Below, piece after piece: positions 1 through 7,230 of a DNA stretch of 20,000 nt. Position 1 is the stretch's first letter; each line of letters begins with the position of its first letter. The notes beneath the pieces were generated by a model. The model was given only the letters and a program-made list of their open reading frames with translations. It was not told the DNA's origin and made no database searches. A program made the position numbers and the translations under genes. Source of the stretch: an uncultured virus (IMG/VR IMGVR_UViG_2724679352_000002) (lineage: Duplodnaviria > Heunggongvirae > Uroviricota > Caudoviricetes); the IMG/VR virus record IMGVR_UViG_2724679352_000002, positions 44,905 through 64,904 of that record; one strand, 5' to 3'.

Positions 1-1012
1 ATTCGCCCAGCATCGGGATATCGACGTTGTTGCGGGTAAACAGGGCAGTAAGCACATCGGCCACCCGATCCATTTTCTCTGCTGGTATCCCCATCGCGGT
101 TTGAATATTAGACGCAATATCCGCTGCGGTGCCGAGATCGATATCACCGGCCGCCGCCAAATTCAGCATACCCGGCATCGCCCCTAATACCTGTTTCGGG
201 CTATAACCGGTACGACCAAGAAAATATTGCCCTTGCGCCACTTCCAGATCGGTAAATTTAGAGGACAGCGGCAAGGTACGGGCCTGATGGCGCATAGCTT
301 GCATATCCGGTGAGTTTTTATCAGGAATACGGGTAACGGCTTGGGTTTTACTCATCATGCCGTCAAATTCATAACCGACATGCAAGGCGTTCCCAATCCC
401 GCGGCCCATGGCGCGGCCGGTGGAGAGCGAGGTGTAACCCAATCCGGCGGCAATGGCTTTGCGCTGATTGCTGCTATCAAAGCGGTTACGGGCGGCGCTG
501 AGGCGCTGTTGCTGCTGGGCTTGCTGTTCTAATCGGCGCTGTTGTGCGGTCAGTGCGGCGGTGGTGCTGGTGATATTGGCTTTAAGGGATCGCTGTGCCT
601 GGCCTAATCGGTTGGTGGCAATGCCGCTGCTTTGCAATGCTCTGCGCTGGGTATGTAGCGCGGTGCGTAAATCATTGTATTTTTGTTTTAGCTTGGCGGC
701 CTCTTCGCTGGCGCGGCGAAACTCTCTGGCCTGTTTAGCGGTGGGCGCGGCACTGTTTTTTAATTCATTGGCAAGCTGGCGCGCTTTATCGCGGGCAGCG
801 GCTAGCGCCTGAGCAGCACCATTAACCGCCACTTTATTCTTGCGAAAGCCCTCAATGTTAGCCGCCTGGCTATTGAGTTGTTTAAGCTCTTGCTTGGAGT
901 TTTTAATGGATGCGGCCAGCATTTTATTGCTGGCCAACATAGATTTAAATGGCTTGGTAACTTTATCAATGGCACTTAAAGAAACCTGCAAGCGGAGGTT
1001 CTTATCGCTCAT
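1..1012 (-). CDS. gpT: P2-like tail tape measure protein, N-terminal part (runs off window)
   Basis: Manual translation from ATG at 1012 gives MSDKNLRLQVSLSAIDKVTKPFKSMLASNK..., which is Ala/Gln-rich and coiled-coil-like. It follows E/E'. Confidence 0.92.
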   Translation of the reverse strand, partial: MSDKNLRLQVSLSAIDKVTKPFKSMLASNKMLAASIKNSKQELKQLNSQAANIEGFRKNKVAVNGAAQALAAARDKARQLANELKNSAAPTAKQAREFRRASEEAAKLKQKYNDLRTALHTQRRALQSSGIATNRLGQAQRSLKANITSTTAALTAQQRRLEQQAQQQQRLSAARNRFDSSNQRKAIAAGLGYTSLSTGRAMGRGIGNALHVGYEFDGMMSKTQAVTRIPDKNSPDMQAMRHQARTLPLSSKFTDLEVAQGQYFLGRTGYSPKQVLGAMPGMLNLAAAGDIDLGTAADIASNIQTAMGIPAEKMDRVADVLTALFTRNNVDIPMLGE

Positions 1013-1185
1013 CACTGCCCCCGTTACGGATTATGGCCTTATGTCGCCATGCTAAAAGCTCACCTACAGTCATCGGGTCGGTGGCTGATGGCGGCCAATG
1101 GAATACCACGGCAATATCAGCCACCAAATCATCAACCGTCAGGCTTTCAGGTAATCGGACTTGACCGAGTTCGGTAAGAAAAAAA
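1002..1185 (-). CDS. gpE': Tail assembly chaperone extension E', reached by -1 frameshift from gpE
   Basis: The -1 frame reads ...LPESLTVDDLVADIAVVFHWPPSATDPMTVGELLAWRHKAIIRNGGSDER*. A T7 slippery run lies at 1179-1185. Confidence 0.88.
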
Positions 1186-1492
1186 TAGCCAACGCCTGAG
1201 ACAGCGCGTAGATATCAGCTGGATCAAGATTGCTGATTTCTGGCACGGTCAGGTTAGGGGTGGTGATGCGAGGTAATACTCGGATCAGCGCGTCAACATC
1301 GGTATCTAACAGCGCTTGCAATTTAGCCCCGCGCAATGCGCCAGCGGTGGGTTTATTGACCGTCACTTCGGTAATGGTGGTATTACCTCGGACAATAGGC
1401 ACATCCAATGTGATCACATTGAATTTGTCTTGCTCCAACGCTACGGTATCAATCACCGCGTTGGTTTCGTTTTCTGCTTTAACTTCTTTCAT
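1139..1492 (-). CDS. gpE: Tail assembly chaperone gpE
   Basis: The segment ITLDVPIVRGNTTITEVTVNKPTAGALRG...LIRVLPRIT is typical of P2 E. The likely start is ATG at 1492 (MKEVKAEN), with GGA upstream. Confidence 0.9.
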   Translation of the reverse strand: MKEVKAENETNAVIDTVALEQDKFNVITLDVPIVRGNTTITEVTVNKPTAGALRGAKLQALLDTDVDALIRVLPRITTPNLTVPEISNLDPADIYALSQALAIFFLPNSVKSDYLKA

Positions 1493-1545
1493 GATGGCTA
1501 TCCAAAAATAAAGGGTAAAGGCGCGGAGCATTCCACACCGTGATG

Positions 1546-2061
1546 TTACAAGCCGATATTGCGGCGGTGGGCTTCCAACATGTTCACGCCATTGACTATT
1601 TCGACCATATTCACAATGTCGATTTCAATCAACACTTCACCGTCCCACGTCAGTTTGTAGTAGGTGTTTTTAGTGGAAATCTTGGTGGTGGTGTTATCGC
1701 CTTGCTTGCTGTCACCGCCGTCGATTTCTTCATGACGGCCACGCATCACAATTTCTACTGCGTGGGTTTCGCCGGTATCGTCGCGCTGATAAGAGCCAGC
1801 AAAACGCAACATCACGCCATCGACTTTTGTCACCCCCCATTGCTTGTAAATCTCTGACTCAATGCCGCCCAGCGTCCAGTCAACATCTAGTGCGCCATCC
1901 GCCAGTCCTAAATCGACCTTGGCGCTGCCGTTCATCCCGCCACCGCGAAACTCTTCAAATTTGCGGTTCAATTTTGGCAAGGTGATGGACTCAACCACCC
2001 CTTGATAGCTGTTCCCGTTAACGAACACATTCAGGAACTTAAGTTTGCGTGGTAATGCCAT
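1546..2061 (-). CDS. gpFII: Major tail tube protein
   Basis: 171 aa, MALPRKLKFLNVF...RGGGMNG...RFAGSYQRDDTGE, the P2 FII pattern. Confidence 0.97.
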   Translation of the reverse strand: MALPRKLKFLNVFVNGNSYQGVVESITLPKLNRKFEEFRGGGMNGSAKVDLGLADGALDVDWTLGGIESEIYKQWGVTKVDGVMLRFAGSYQRDDTGETHAVEIVMRGRHEEIDGGDSKQGDNTTTKISTKNTYYKLTWDGEVLIEIDIVNMVEIVNGVNMLEAHRRNIGL

Positions 2062-2074
2062 GGTTTAAGCTCCC

Positions 2075-3250
2075 TTAGCTGTTAACTGCGGCGGCGAAAT
2101 TAGCCAGATGACGATCGGTAATCCGCTGACGCAGGGTTAAATCCTCCAGCGGCGGTACCGGCGTATAGTCGTAATCAATAAGCAAGCGGCCCGCTTTGAG
2201 TGTGTCTTTATCGTTCACGCTTTCGTCATACCAGCAGTCGCCATCAATGATGTAACCCATTGTTTTGAGTTCGCGCATTTTGGCGCGGATACCCTCAATA
2301 ATGTCTTTTACTATTGATGGATTCAGCGACTTATCGTTGGCCCACATGTGCGCCTCGGCCATGGTGTCAGCCAATACCTGTGCGGTGCGGGTGTAGTTCT
2401 CAAAGGCAAATAACGGATCATCGGAGCAAGAACGGGAACCCCAAAAACGGTAACCGTCTTTACGGATCAGAGTGGTAATGTCTTTACTGTTGAGCAAGTT
2501 GGCATCGGTGGCGCTGGATTGCAGATCCCAGAATACGTCCGCGCTAATACCAGTGACACCATTCACCCCGACGTTAGACAAGGACTTATGCCAGCCAACA
2601 TCATTATCAATCTTGGCACGTAAGCCCAAGGCGCGGGCGGTGGCGTAAGCGGTGGCCTCGGCATTAGTGACCGTGTCCCAACTGAGGAAATCCGGCCAAA
2701 TTAACATCGCTTCGCGTTGACTAAAGTTTTCGCGGTAAATAATGGCTTCTTCCATAGTTTTGCAACCGTAGGCGCTGATGTAAGCGAAAGCCCGTAAATC
2801 CTGAGCCACGGAAAGCAGGGCGGTGGATACCGCCAGAGTGTCATGGCCTGGCACCCCCAAAATGCGGGGCTTTACACCGAAACGGCCTTGTGCGGCCAAT
2901 AAAGCTTTCATGCCTGTTTTGCGGCCATCTGGCGTGGCACCGCCAATAATATTGGAAGTGGTTTCAGCTTCGGTTTCGCCCTGTGCGACGCGGACAACAA
3001 TGGTAAGTGGTTTGGTTTGGTCGCTAATGGCGGCCAGTGAGTGGGCTAAAGTGCCGGTTTTACCGGCCTTGCCACTGGCGGCCAGTACATCAGTGAGTAA
3101 TATCGGGGTATTTAACGGGAATAGGGTGGCGTCAGCATCATCGGAGGTACAGACCATCCCTACCACCGCCGTGCTGACAGTGCGGATCGGGCGAGTGCCT
3201 TCGTTAATTTCAATGACGCGCACACCGTGGTGGTAATCGGTTGCAGACAT
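2075..3250 (-). CDS. gpFI: Tail sheath protein
   Basis: 391 aa, DYHHGVRVIEINEGTRPI...GYRFWGSRSCSDDPLFAFENYTRTAQVLADT...YTPVPPLEDL. Confidence 0.97.
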   Translation of the reverse strand: MSATDYHHGVRVIEINEGTRPIRTVSTAVVGMVCTSDDADATLFPLNTPILLTDVLAASGKAGKTGTLAHSLAAISDQTKPLTIVVRVAQGETEAETTSNIIGGATPDGRKTGMKALLAAQGRFGVKPRILGVPGHDTLAVSTALLSVAQDLRAFAYISAYGCKTMEEAIIYRENFSQREAMLIWPDFLSWDTVTNAEATAYATARALGLRAKIDNDVGWHKSLSNVGVNGVTGISADVFWDLQSSATDANLLNSKDITTLIRKDGYRFWGSRSCSDDPLFAFENYTRTAQVLADTMAEAHMWANDKSLNPSIVKDIIEGIRAKMRELKTMGYIIDGDCWYDESVNDKDTLKAGRLLIDYDYTPVPPLEDLTLRQRITDRHLANFAAAVNS

Positions 3251-3296
3251 GCGGTTTTCTCCGGTTAAGCGTTCATTCGCTATGATGCCGGATACA

Positions 3297-3355
3297 ATGA
3301 TGCCGGATAATTAGGCGCGGGACAGGTGATGGGGGTTGTGTGAGGGATGGCACAA
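3297..3355 (-). promoter_or_regulatory. P2-type late promoter PF with Ogr/Delta activator site
   Basis: TGT-N12-ACA at 3337-3354, inside the 20-mer TTGTGTGAGGGATGGCACAA that is identical to 13330-13349. A -10-like CATCAT lies at the same spacing as in PV. Confidence 0.85.
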
Positions 3356-3566
3356 AAAAACAGATACGCAGATTCAGCGATATTCTCCACATAAAAACCG
3401 ACTGCATCACGAATATGAGTGCTATGCAGTGTTTCGTGTTGTAGCCGGTTTTTGCGGTGTAACCTTTATATCTCATTGTATTTACGGATCAACTCCTACA
3501 GATTCAAGATTATTGTGGATAGCTCACCGTCAATAAATCTCTTTCAGTGGTGGCCTATCCATTGTG

Positions 3567-3761
3567 TTAGAGGGTGAACGCTAATTCTAGTGACTCCTCG
3601 CTGTCCCGCAGATAAGTACTGTATAACGTATCAATCTGTTGCCACAAAATAAGCAAAAGCACCTCTTTAGTATCGGCACGATCAAGGGTGACGATGGCGT
3701 AAATCAGCGCGCGGCAGTGGTCGATAAGTTCTTCTACTTCGCGGGGGGTGTCATCATACAT
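3567..3761 (-). CDS. Small hypothetical helical protein (64 aa), second gene downstream of C4 module 1
   Basis: MYDDTPREVEELIDHCRALIYAIVTLDR..., preceded by a strong RBS (GGAGGTGCGCT-ATG). It overlaps the stop of the upstream peptide. Confidence 0.7.
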   Translation of the reverse strand: MYDDTPREVEELIDHCRALIYAIVTLDRADTKEVLLLILWQQIDTLYSTYLRDSEESLELAFTL

Positions 3762-3861
3762 AGCGCACCTCCGGCAGCAGAGGGGCAGATGAAGAAACAG
3801 GTGTGGGAATAGCAACAATAGTGCAGGTCAATAATGATAGGCGTTTAGTCGTCAGATCCAT
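3754..3861 (-). CDS. 35-aa peptide directly under C4-type antisense control (icd/kil position)
   Basis: MDLTTKRLSLLTCTIVAIPTPVSSSAPLLPEVRYV*. Its RBS (GAGGT) overlaps the C4 target at 3872-3881. Confidence 0.55.
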   Translation of the reverse strand: MDLTTKRLSLLTCTIVAIPTPVSSSAPLLPEVRYV

Positions 3862-3917
3862 GATGACTACCTCTTTGGTAGGGGATTAATCACCACCAAG
3901 AGACGCTAACCTCAGAG

Positions 3918-3998
3918 GGTGGTGAACTGGGCGGGGTTAGCGTAACCGGCTACCAAAGAACCCGGCGCATCTTGCGATGCCCCCACCCAGTTCACCGT
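3918..3998 (-). ncRNA. c4: C4-type (P1/P7 c4, P4 CI-like) antisense RNA, copy 1
   Basis: Closing stem 3921-3931/3986-3996 with two internal hairpins and a 3' CACCA-like end. Loop segments UCUUUGGUAG and ACGCUAACC are complementary to 3872-3881 and 3903-3911, and partly to 4059-4066 and 4076-4082. Confidence 0.85.
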
Positions 3999-4049
3999 TT
4001 CTTGCATATTACAGGTGTCACTGTGCCCGCACATAATAGCCGTGTCTAC

Positions 4050-4143
4050 GGTTGTGCGCTTTGGTAAATTCCGGGACGCTAATCCCGACAGCGGATTTTG
4101 CCGCTGCGGCGTGACTATAGCCCAGCGAAGTTATGGCGTGCAA
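4050..4143 (-). promoter_or_regulatory. sigma70 promoter plus structured leader carrying upstream C4 targets (a1/b1-like)
   Basis: TTGCAC-18-TATAGT (4143-4138, 4119-4114), followed by hairpins CAGCGG-CAAAAT-CCGCTG and CGGGA-TTAGCG-TCCCG that present the target. Confidence 0.75.
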
Positions 4144-4154
4144 TCAGCCCGCAT

Positions 4155-4198
4155 CACTTTAGGACAAACATTTTTTCTGTAAAAATAGGCAGTTATCG
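4155..4198. repeat. Dispersed repeat copy R1
   Basis: cactttaggacaaacattttttctgtaaaaataggcagttatcg. Confidence 0.9.
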
Positions 4199-4272
4199 CG
4201 GTGATGCTTTAAAGGATGGATGAGGTAACAAGTAGTAAGGAAGAAAAAGGGAAAGGGGTAATAAACAGCGCA

Positions 4273-4304
4273 AACAGACGACGTTTAAGGCAACATCGCC
4301 TGTT
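4273..4304 (-). terminator. Hairpin after rpn
   Basis: On the minus strand AACAGGCGATGTT-GCCTTA-AACGTCGTCTGTT, closed with G-U pairs. A related hairpin at about 5378-5411 follows the RpnS remnant. Confidence 0.6.
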
Positions 4305-4328
4305 AAAAGTAGGGATTTAGCTAGCAAC

Positions 4329-4502
4329 TTAATGGCAAATTTGTGCCAGTTCTTCTTCTCTCAGACCTGTCAGCTTCATGACTTCAGTGCGGTCATAACC
4401 ATTAGCGAGCATCGAGCTGGCAATCTTCAGGGCCATTTCTTGTACCCCTTCCACTCGGCCTGCTTGATGGGCTTTATATTCCAATTTCTGTGCAATCGTC
4501 AT
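4329..4502 (-). CDS. Internal in-frame small protein RpnS (intragenic antitoxin), 57 aa
   Basis: GAGGAGGAACTT-ATG within rpn gives MTIAQKLEYK...KLTGLREEELAQICH, matching the known RpnL/RpnS architecture. Confidence 0.75.
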   Translation of the reverse strand: MTIAQKLEYKAHQAGRVEGVQEMALKIASSMLANGYDRTEVMKLTGLREEELAQICH

Positions 4503-5225
4503 AAGTTCCTCCTCGTGCTGTGGCAGGTGGTGGGCCAGATCGCGGATAAACCTTTCCGGCTCAGCCGTGTCACCATTTTGTAGTATGTAATGTATCACAG
4601 AGATTAGCTGATCTTTACTAGTGTAACCGTTCGATAACAACCTGACCAGTTCATCCGATAATTCGGACAGGTCACGTTGACGAATGTGTTTCTGCAACAG
4701 CTCCAGTAAGGCGACACGCTTATGTGTCATGATTTCGTCATCGGGGATAACGGTCACATCAATCAACGGAAAGTTGCCGCCATACAGTTCCCCCGCAAGC
4801 GTGGGTGCACTGAATGCTTGTAACCAGCTCATGGGATACGGGTACGGCGTGACCATCCCATGATAGAACAACATGGGAATGACCAGAGGCAGTTTGTCGT
4901 GTCCGGCATCAAGATGGCTCTGCATAGCGGCGATGGCATAGCGCATCAGGCGAAAAGCCATATGCTTGTCGGGAGAACTTTGATGCTCGATCAGCGCGTA
5001 AACATAGCCATCCTGTCCCTGCATTTTTAGTGAGTAGAGTACGTCCGAGTAGTAGGCTCGCAGGTCATTTTCAATAAAGCTGCCCGACTCCAGCCGCAGT
5101 GTTTTCAGGTCACAGATTTTCCGCAGGGCGGGTGGTAAGTGAATATCCAGCAGATCATAAGCCGTTTCGGGTTTGGTGACGAAATTTTTAAAAAGTGCAT
5201 CATGGGGTGTAGGGGTCGTTTTCAT
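4329..5225 (-). CDS. rpn: Rpn/YhgA-like recombination-promoting nuclease (putative transposase family), 298 aa
   Basis: TPHDALFK...LRLESGSF...YSDVLYS...YALIEHQSSPDKHMAFRLMRYAIAAM...LPLVIPMLFYHG. The likely start is ATG at 5225. Confidence 0.95.
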   Translation of the reverse strand: MKTTPTPHDALFKNFVTKPETAYDLLDIHLPPALRKICDLKTLRLESGSFIENDLRAYYSDVLYSLKMQGQDGYVYALIEHQSSPDKHMAFRLMRYAIAAMQSHLDAGHDKLPLVIPMLFYHGMVTPYPYPMSWLQAFSAPTLAGELYGGNFPLIDVTVIPDDEIMTHKRVALLELLQKHIRQRDLSELSDELVRLLSNGYTSKDQLISVIHYILQNGDTAEPERFIRDLAHHLPQHEEELMTIAQKLEYKAHQAGRVEGVQEMALKIASSMLANGYDRTEVMKLTGLREEELAQICH

Positions 5226-5271
5226 CGGGCGATAATAGTCATGGGGATCAGTGTGAGCAATCACTCCGTAC

Positions 5272-5316
5272 CACTTTAGGACAAACATTTTTTCTATTTA
5301 AAATAATGAGTTATCG
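5272..5316. repeat. Dispersed repeat copy R2
   Basis: cactttaggacaaacattttttctatttaaaataatgagttatcg. Confidence 0.9.
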
Positions 5317-5429
5317 ATATAAATAAGAGAGAAAAAACAATCACAGTGCGGAATAAATAAGGTGCAAAAAATAGTAGAAACAAGGCGACGTCTAACACAA
5401 CATCGCCCGTTAGAATGGGGGTTAACGCG

Positions 5430-5593
5430 TTATTGCGTCAGGTCTTCATCACGTAGGCCAGTGACTTTCTTTACCAGAGTGCGATCAACACCTTCTGCCA
5501 ATAGAGAGTGGGCGATTTTCAGTATCGTCTCCCGCTGACTTTCCTGATAGCTTTCAGATAGCCTTCTAGTTCAAGTGATTCTGCAATTGTCAT
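5430..5593 (-). pseudogene. Stand-alone RpnS-like ORF / rpn 3' remnant with a 1-nt frameshift
   Basis: AAGGAAGCACTG-ATG gives MTIAESLELEGYLK, then after a shift near 5551, YQESQRETILKIAHSLLAEGVDRTLVKKVTGLRDEDLTQ*. The span is 164 nt, one short of 55 codons. Confidence 0.8.
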
Positions 5594-5682
5594 CAGTGCT
5601 TCCTTGTACTACGCCGAGTTGCTATTAGTCTTTCTCAGTTGACGGTGTTGATACTCACCATCTTGAGATTTTCATCGCTATA

Positions 5683-5762
5683 GGTGCTGAACTGGGCGGG
5701 GTTGACAGACCGGTCATCGAAGAACCCGGCGCATCTTGCGATGCCCCCGCCCAGCTCACCAT
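5683..5762 (-). ncRNA. c4: C4-type antisense RNA, copy 2 (diverged loops)
   Basis: The scaffold is near-identical to copy 1 (tgaactgggcgggg...agaacccggcgcatcttgcgatgccccc.cccag.tcacc) but the loop sequences differ. Confidence 0.75.
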
Positions 5763-5794
5763 TTCTTGCTTATTACCATGTAACCGTATCTATA

Positions 5795-5887
5795 TCATGC
5801 GCTTTGGTCTATGCCGGACCGCCAAATCCGGTAAAGGACTTTACCGCAGCGGTGCTGACTATAACCCGATGAGATTCTGCTGAGCAA
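5795..5887 (-). promoter_or_regulatory. sigma70 promoter plus C4 leader, copy 2
   Basis: TTGCTC-18-TATAGT (5887-5882, 5863-5858), with hairpins paralogous to 4050-4110. Confidence 0.65.
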
Positions 5888-5898
5888 TTAGCCAGTAT

Positions 5899-5944
5899 CA
5901 TTTTAGGACAAACATTTTTATCCGTTAAAATAATGAGTTACAGG
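5899..5944. repeat. Dispersed repeat copy R3
   Basis: cattttaggacaaacatttttatccgttaaaataatgagttacagg. Confidence 0.9.
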
Positions 5945-5967
5945 TGTAGTTAAAGGAGTTTTATACC

Positions 5968-5997
5968 GCTTCCGCTAAAGATAATAGTAGCGGAAGC
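5968..5997 (-). terminator. Hairpin downstream of the Icd-like operon
   Basis: 10-bp inverted repeat gcttccgcta / tagcggaagc. Confidence 0.55.
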
Positions 5998-6006
5998 CGG
6001 TGAAAT

Positions 6007-6327
6007 TTATTGCCTGGTCAACTCGTTGTTTGTGAGCTTGGCGTTTGCTGATGCTTGCAATTGAGTGAGGGCAGGTACCAGGATACTGATTGATGCCAGA
6101 CAATGGCCTAACTGGCACAAACTTTCTACTGAGAAATCCAACACATCGTTATCGGCGAAGGTAACAAAAGTATCCCCGATAAAATTCAGCCCATGCAGCA
6201 GTCCGGCGTAACATTCCTCGCTACTGTTTGCCAGTTCCAGTGTGTCATCAGCACTCAGGTGTGACATATCCAGCTTACCGAACACCTCAGTCAATGTGGG
6301 ATAAAGTCTATTGGTATCAGGCAACAT
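6007..6327 (-). CDS. Hypothetical helical protein (106 aa) coupled to the Icd-like gene
   Basis: MLPDTNRLYPTLTEVFGKLDMSHLS..., preceded by RBS AGGAGAAGCGCC-ATG. It overlaps the upstream stop. Confidence 0.7.
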   Translation of the reverse strand: MLPDTNRLYPTLTEVFGKLDMSHLSADDTLELANSSEECYAGLLHGLNFIGDTFVTFADNDVLDFSVESLCQLGHCLASISILVPALTQLQASANAKLTNNELTRQ

Positions 6328-6523
6328 GGCGCTTCTCCTGTGGTTTGCAAGAAACAAACACCAGCGAGAAACCGGCCAGCAGATTGCGGGCCTCACGCTC
6401 AGTGGGAGCCAAAACAGAAATCAGGCGCAACGGAGAAATTTCAGCCAATAATGTGTTAGAACGGGCGTTAAGGAAGGTGTAGAGCTTTGAATATGCACGT
6501 ATGTTACTATTAGCGTCAGCCAT
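6317..6523 (-). CDS. Host cell division inhibitor Icd-like protein (68 aa)
   Basis: MADANSNIR...YTFL...ISVLAPTEREARNLLAGFSLVFVS carries the A-x-TEREAR...LVF pattern. RBS GAGGTAATGCT-ATG. Confidence 0.65.
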   Translation of the reverse strand: MADANSNIRAYSKLYTFLNARSNTLLAEISPLRLISVLAPTEREARNLLAGFSLVFVSCKPQEKRHVA

Positions 6524-6595
6524 AGCATTACCTCGTATAATGGTGTGGTTAGATGTCCTGTGAGTGTTCACGCACCCACGGGGCATTGTCTTTAC
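6517..6595 (+). ncRNA. Putative SymR-like cis-antisense RNA over the Icd-like RBS and start
   Basis: Extended -10 TGTTACTAT at 6502-6510. A plus-strand hairpin at 6554-6586 is supported by G-U pairs. The leader layout resembles symE/symR loci. Confidence 0.5.
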
Positions 6596-6657
6596 TGAGT
6601 GCTGTACATTGGTGTACATTTAAAACCAGTTAAAGAAATATACCCGAGTGATAACCA

Positions 6658-6837
6658 ATGTCAACCAAAGACAACCAAAAAGAAAGGAATGTTGTTCAAC
6701 TTCGGTTGGATGCTGATTTGTCCGAAAGACTGACTATCGCTATGAAAGAAGATGGCGATGATAACAAAGCAGGATGGATTAAACGGTTACTACGCCGAGA
6801 GTTAGATCGTCGCGGCATTGAGCTTAAAGGTGAGTAG
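6658..6837 (+). CDS. Small ribbon-helix-helix-like DNA-binding protein (59 aa; below the ORF-track cutoff)
   Basis: MSTKDNQKERNVVQLRLDADLSERLTIAMKEDGDDNKAGWIKRLLRRELDRRGIELKGE*, with strand VQLRL followed by two helices. Confidence 0.75.
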   Translation: MSTKDNQKERNVVQLRLDADLSERLTIAMKEDGDDNKAGWIKRLLRRELDRRGIELKGE

Positions 6838-6893
6838 CATCATAAAAACAGACGGGTTTACTGATTAGAGTTGGCCTTGTGCACTTTTTAAGT

Positions 6894-6929
6894 AAGTCGA
6901 ACAGTCCGAAAACGTGGACTGTTCGACTT
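6894..6929. terminator. Probable bidirectional terminator
   Basis: Perfect 14-bp inverted repeat aagtcgaacagtcc / ggactgttcgactt between convergent genes. Confidence 0.75.
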
Positions 6930-6931
6930 TG

Positions 6932-7228
6932 TTAAGTAGTCGTGCTCACCTGACGCTGAACCGAGCGAACGATAGAGAAAAAATTACGCACCGTTGGGTT
7001 ACTGCCAGGAGCCAGCATTTGCATGACTGATTTGCTGTTTTTCCCAATATCTTCACCTACGGTAACAAACCCGCCAGTAGCGAGTATCAGCCAGCGTAAA
7101 ATCACTGCTGCGGAATCAAATTCACCCTCAGCAATAAGTTCTTTTGCCTCATCAAACATCGCCTGACGATAATCAGGATCTTCGCGCATCTCTTGCACGA
7201 TCCGTTGGTTAACAGAAACTGCCGGCAT
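6932..7228 (-). CDS. HTH antitoxin (addiction module antidote, HigA-like)
   Basis: 98 aa with GGF...IGK...MLAPGSNPT motif, directly downstream of the toxin. Confidence 0.8.
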   Translation of the reverse strand: MPAVSVNQRIVQEMREDPDYRQAMFDEAKELIAEGEFDSAAVILRWLILATGGFVTVGEDIGKNSKSVMQMLAPGSNPTVRNFFSIVRSVQRQVSTTT

Positions 7229-7230
7229 AA

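Noticed and set aside
341..3236. Plus-strand ORFs opposite the T, E, FII and FI genes
   Set aside because: Antisense shadows of clearly recognisable phage genes, with no independent motifs.
3273..3536. ORFs 3273-3476 (-) and 3336-3536 (+)
   Set aside because: They overlap the PF promoter and have no convincing RBS or recognisable protein features.
3911..3995. Ash-like reading frame through C4 copy 1 (VNWVGASQDAPGSLVAGYANPAQFTTL*), and ORF 5684-5872
   Set aside because: Short or stopped. Conservation is better explained by the structured RNA.
4151..4170. Partial match of the repeat core to the MarA/SoxS/Rob box
   Set aside because: The consensus is degenerate, there are several mismatches, and the orientation and spacing to -35 do not fit the usual arrangements. 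Not enough to assign.
5226..5288. Longer rpn start at 5288, and similar upstream extensions of ORFs at 1531, 3818, 6396, 6619 and 13347
   Set aside because: The extensions run through promoter or repeat DNA or upstream genes. Family N-termini and RBS or promoter positions favour the later ATGs.
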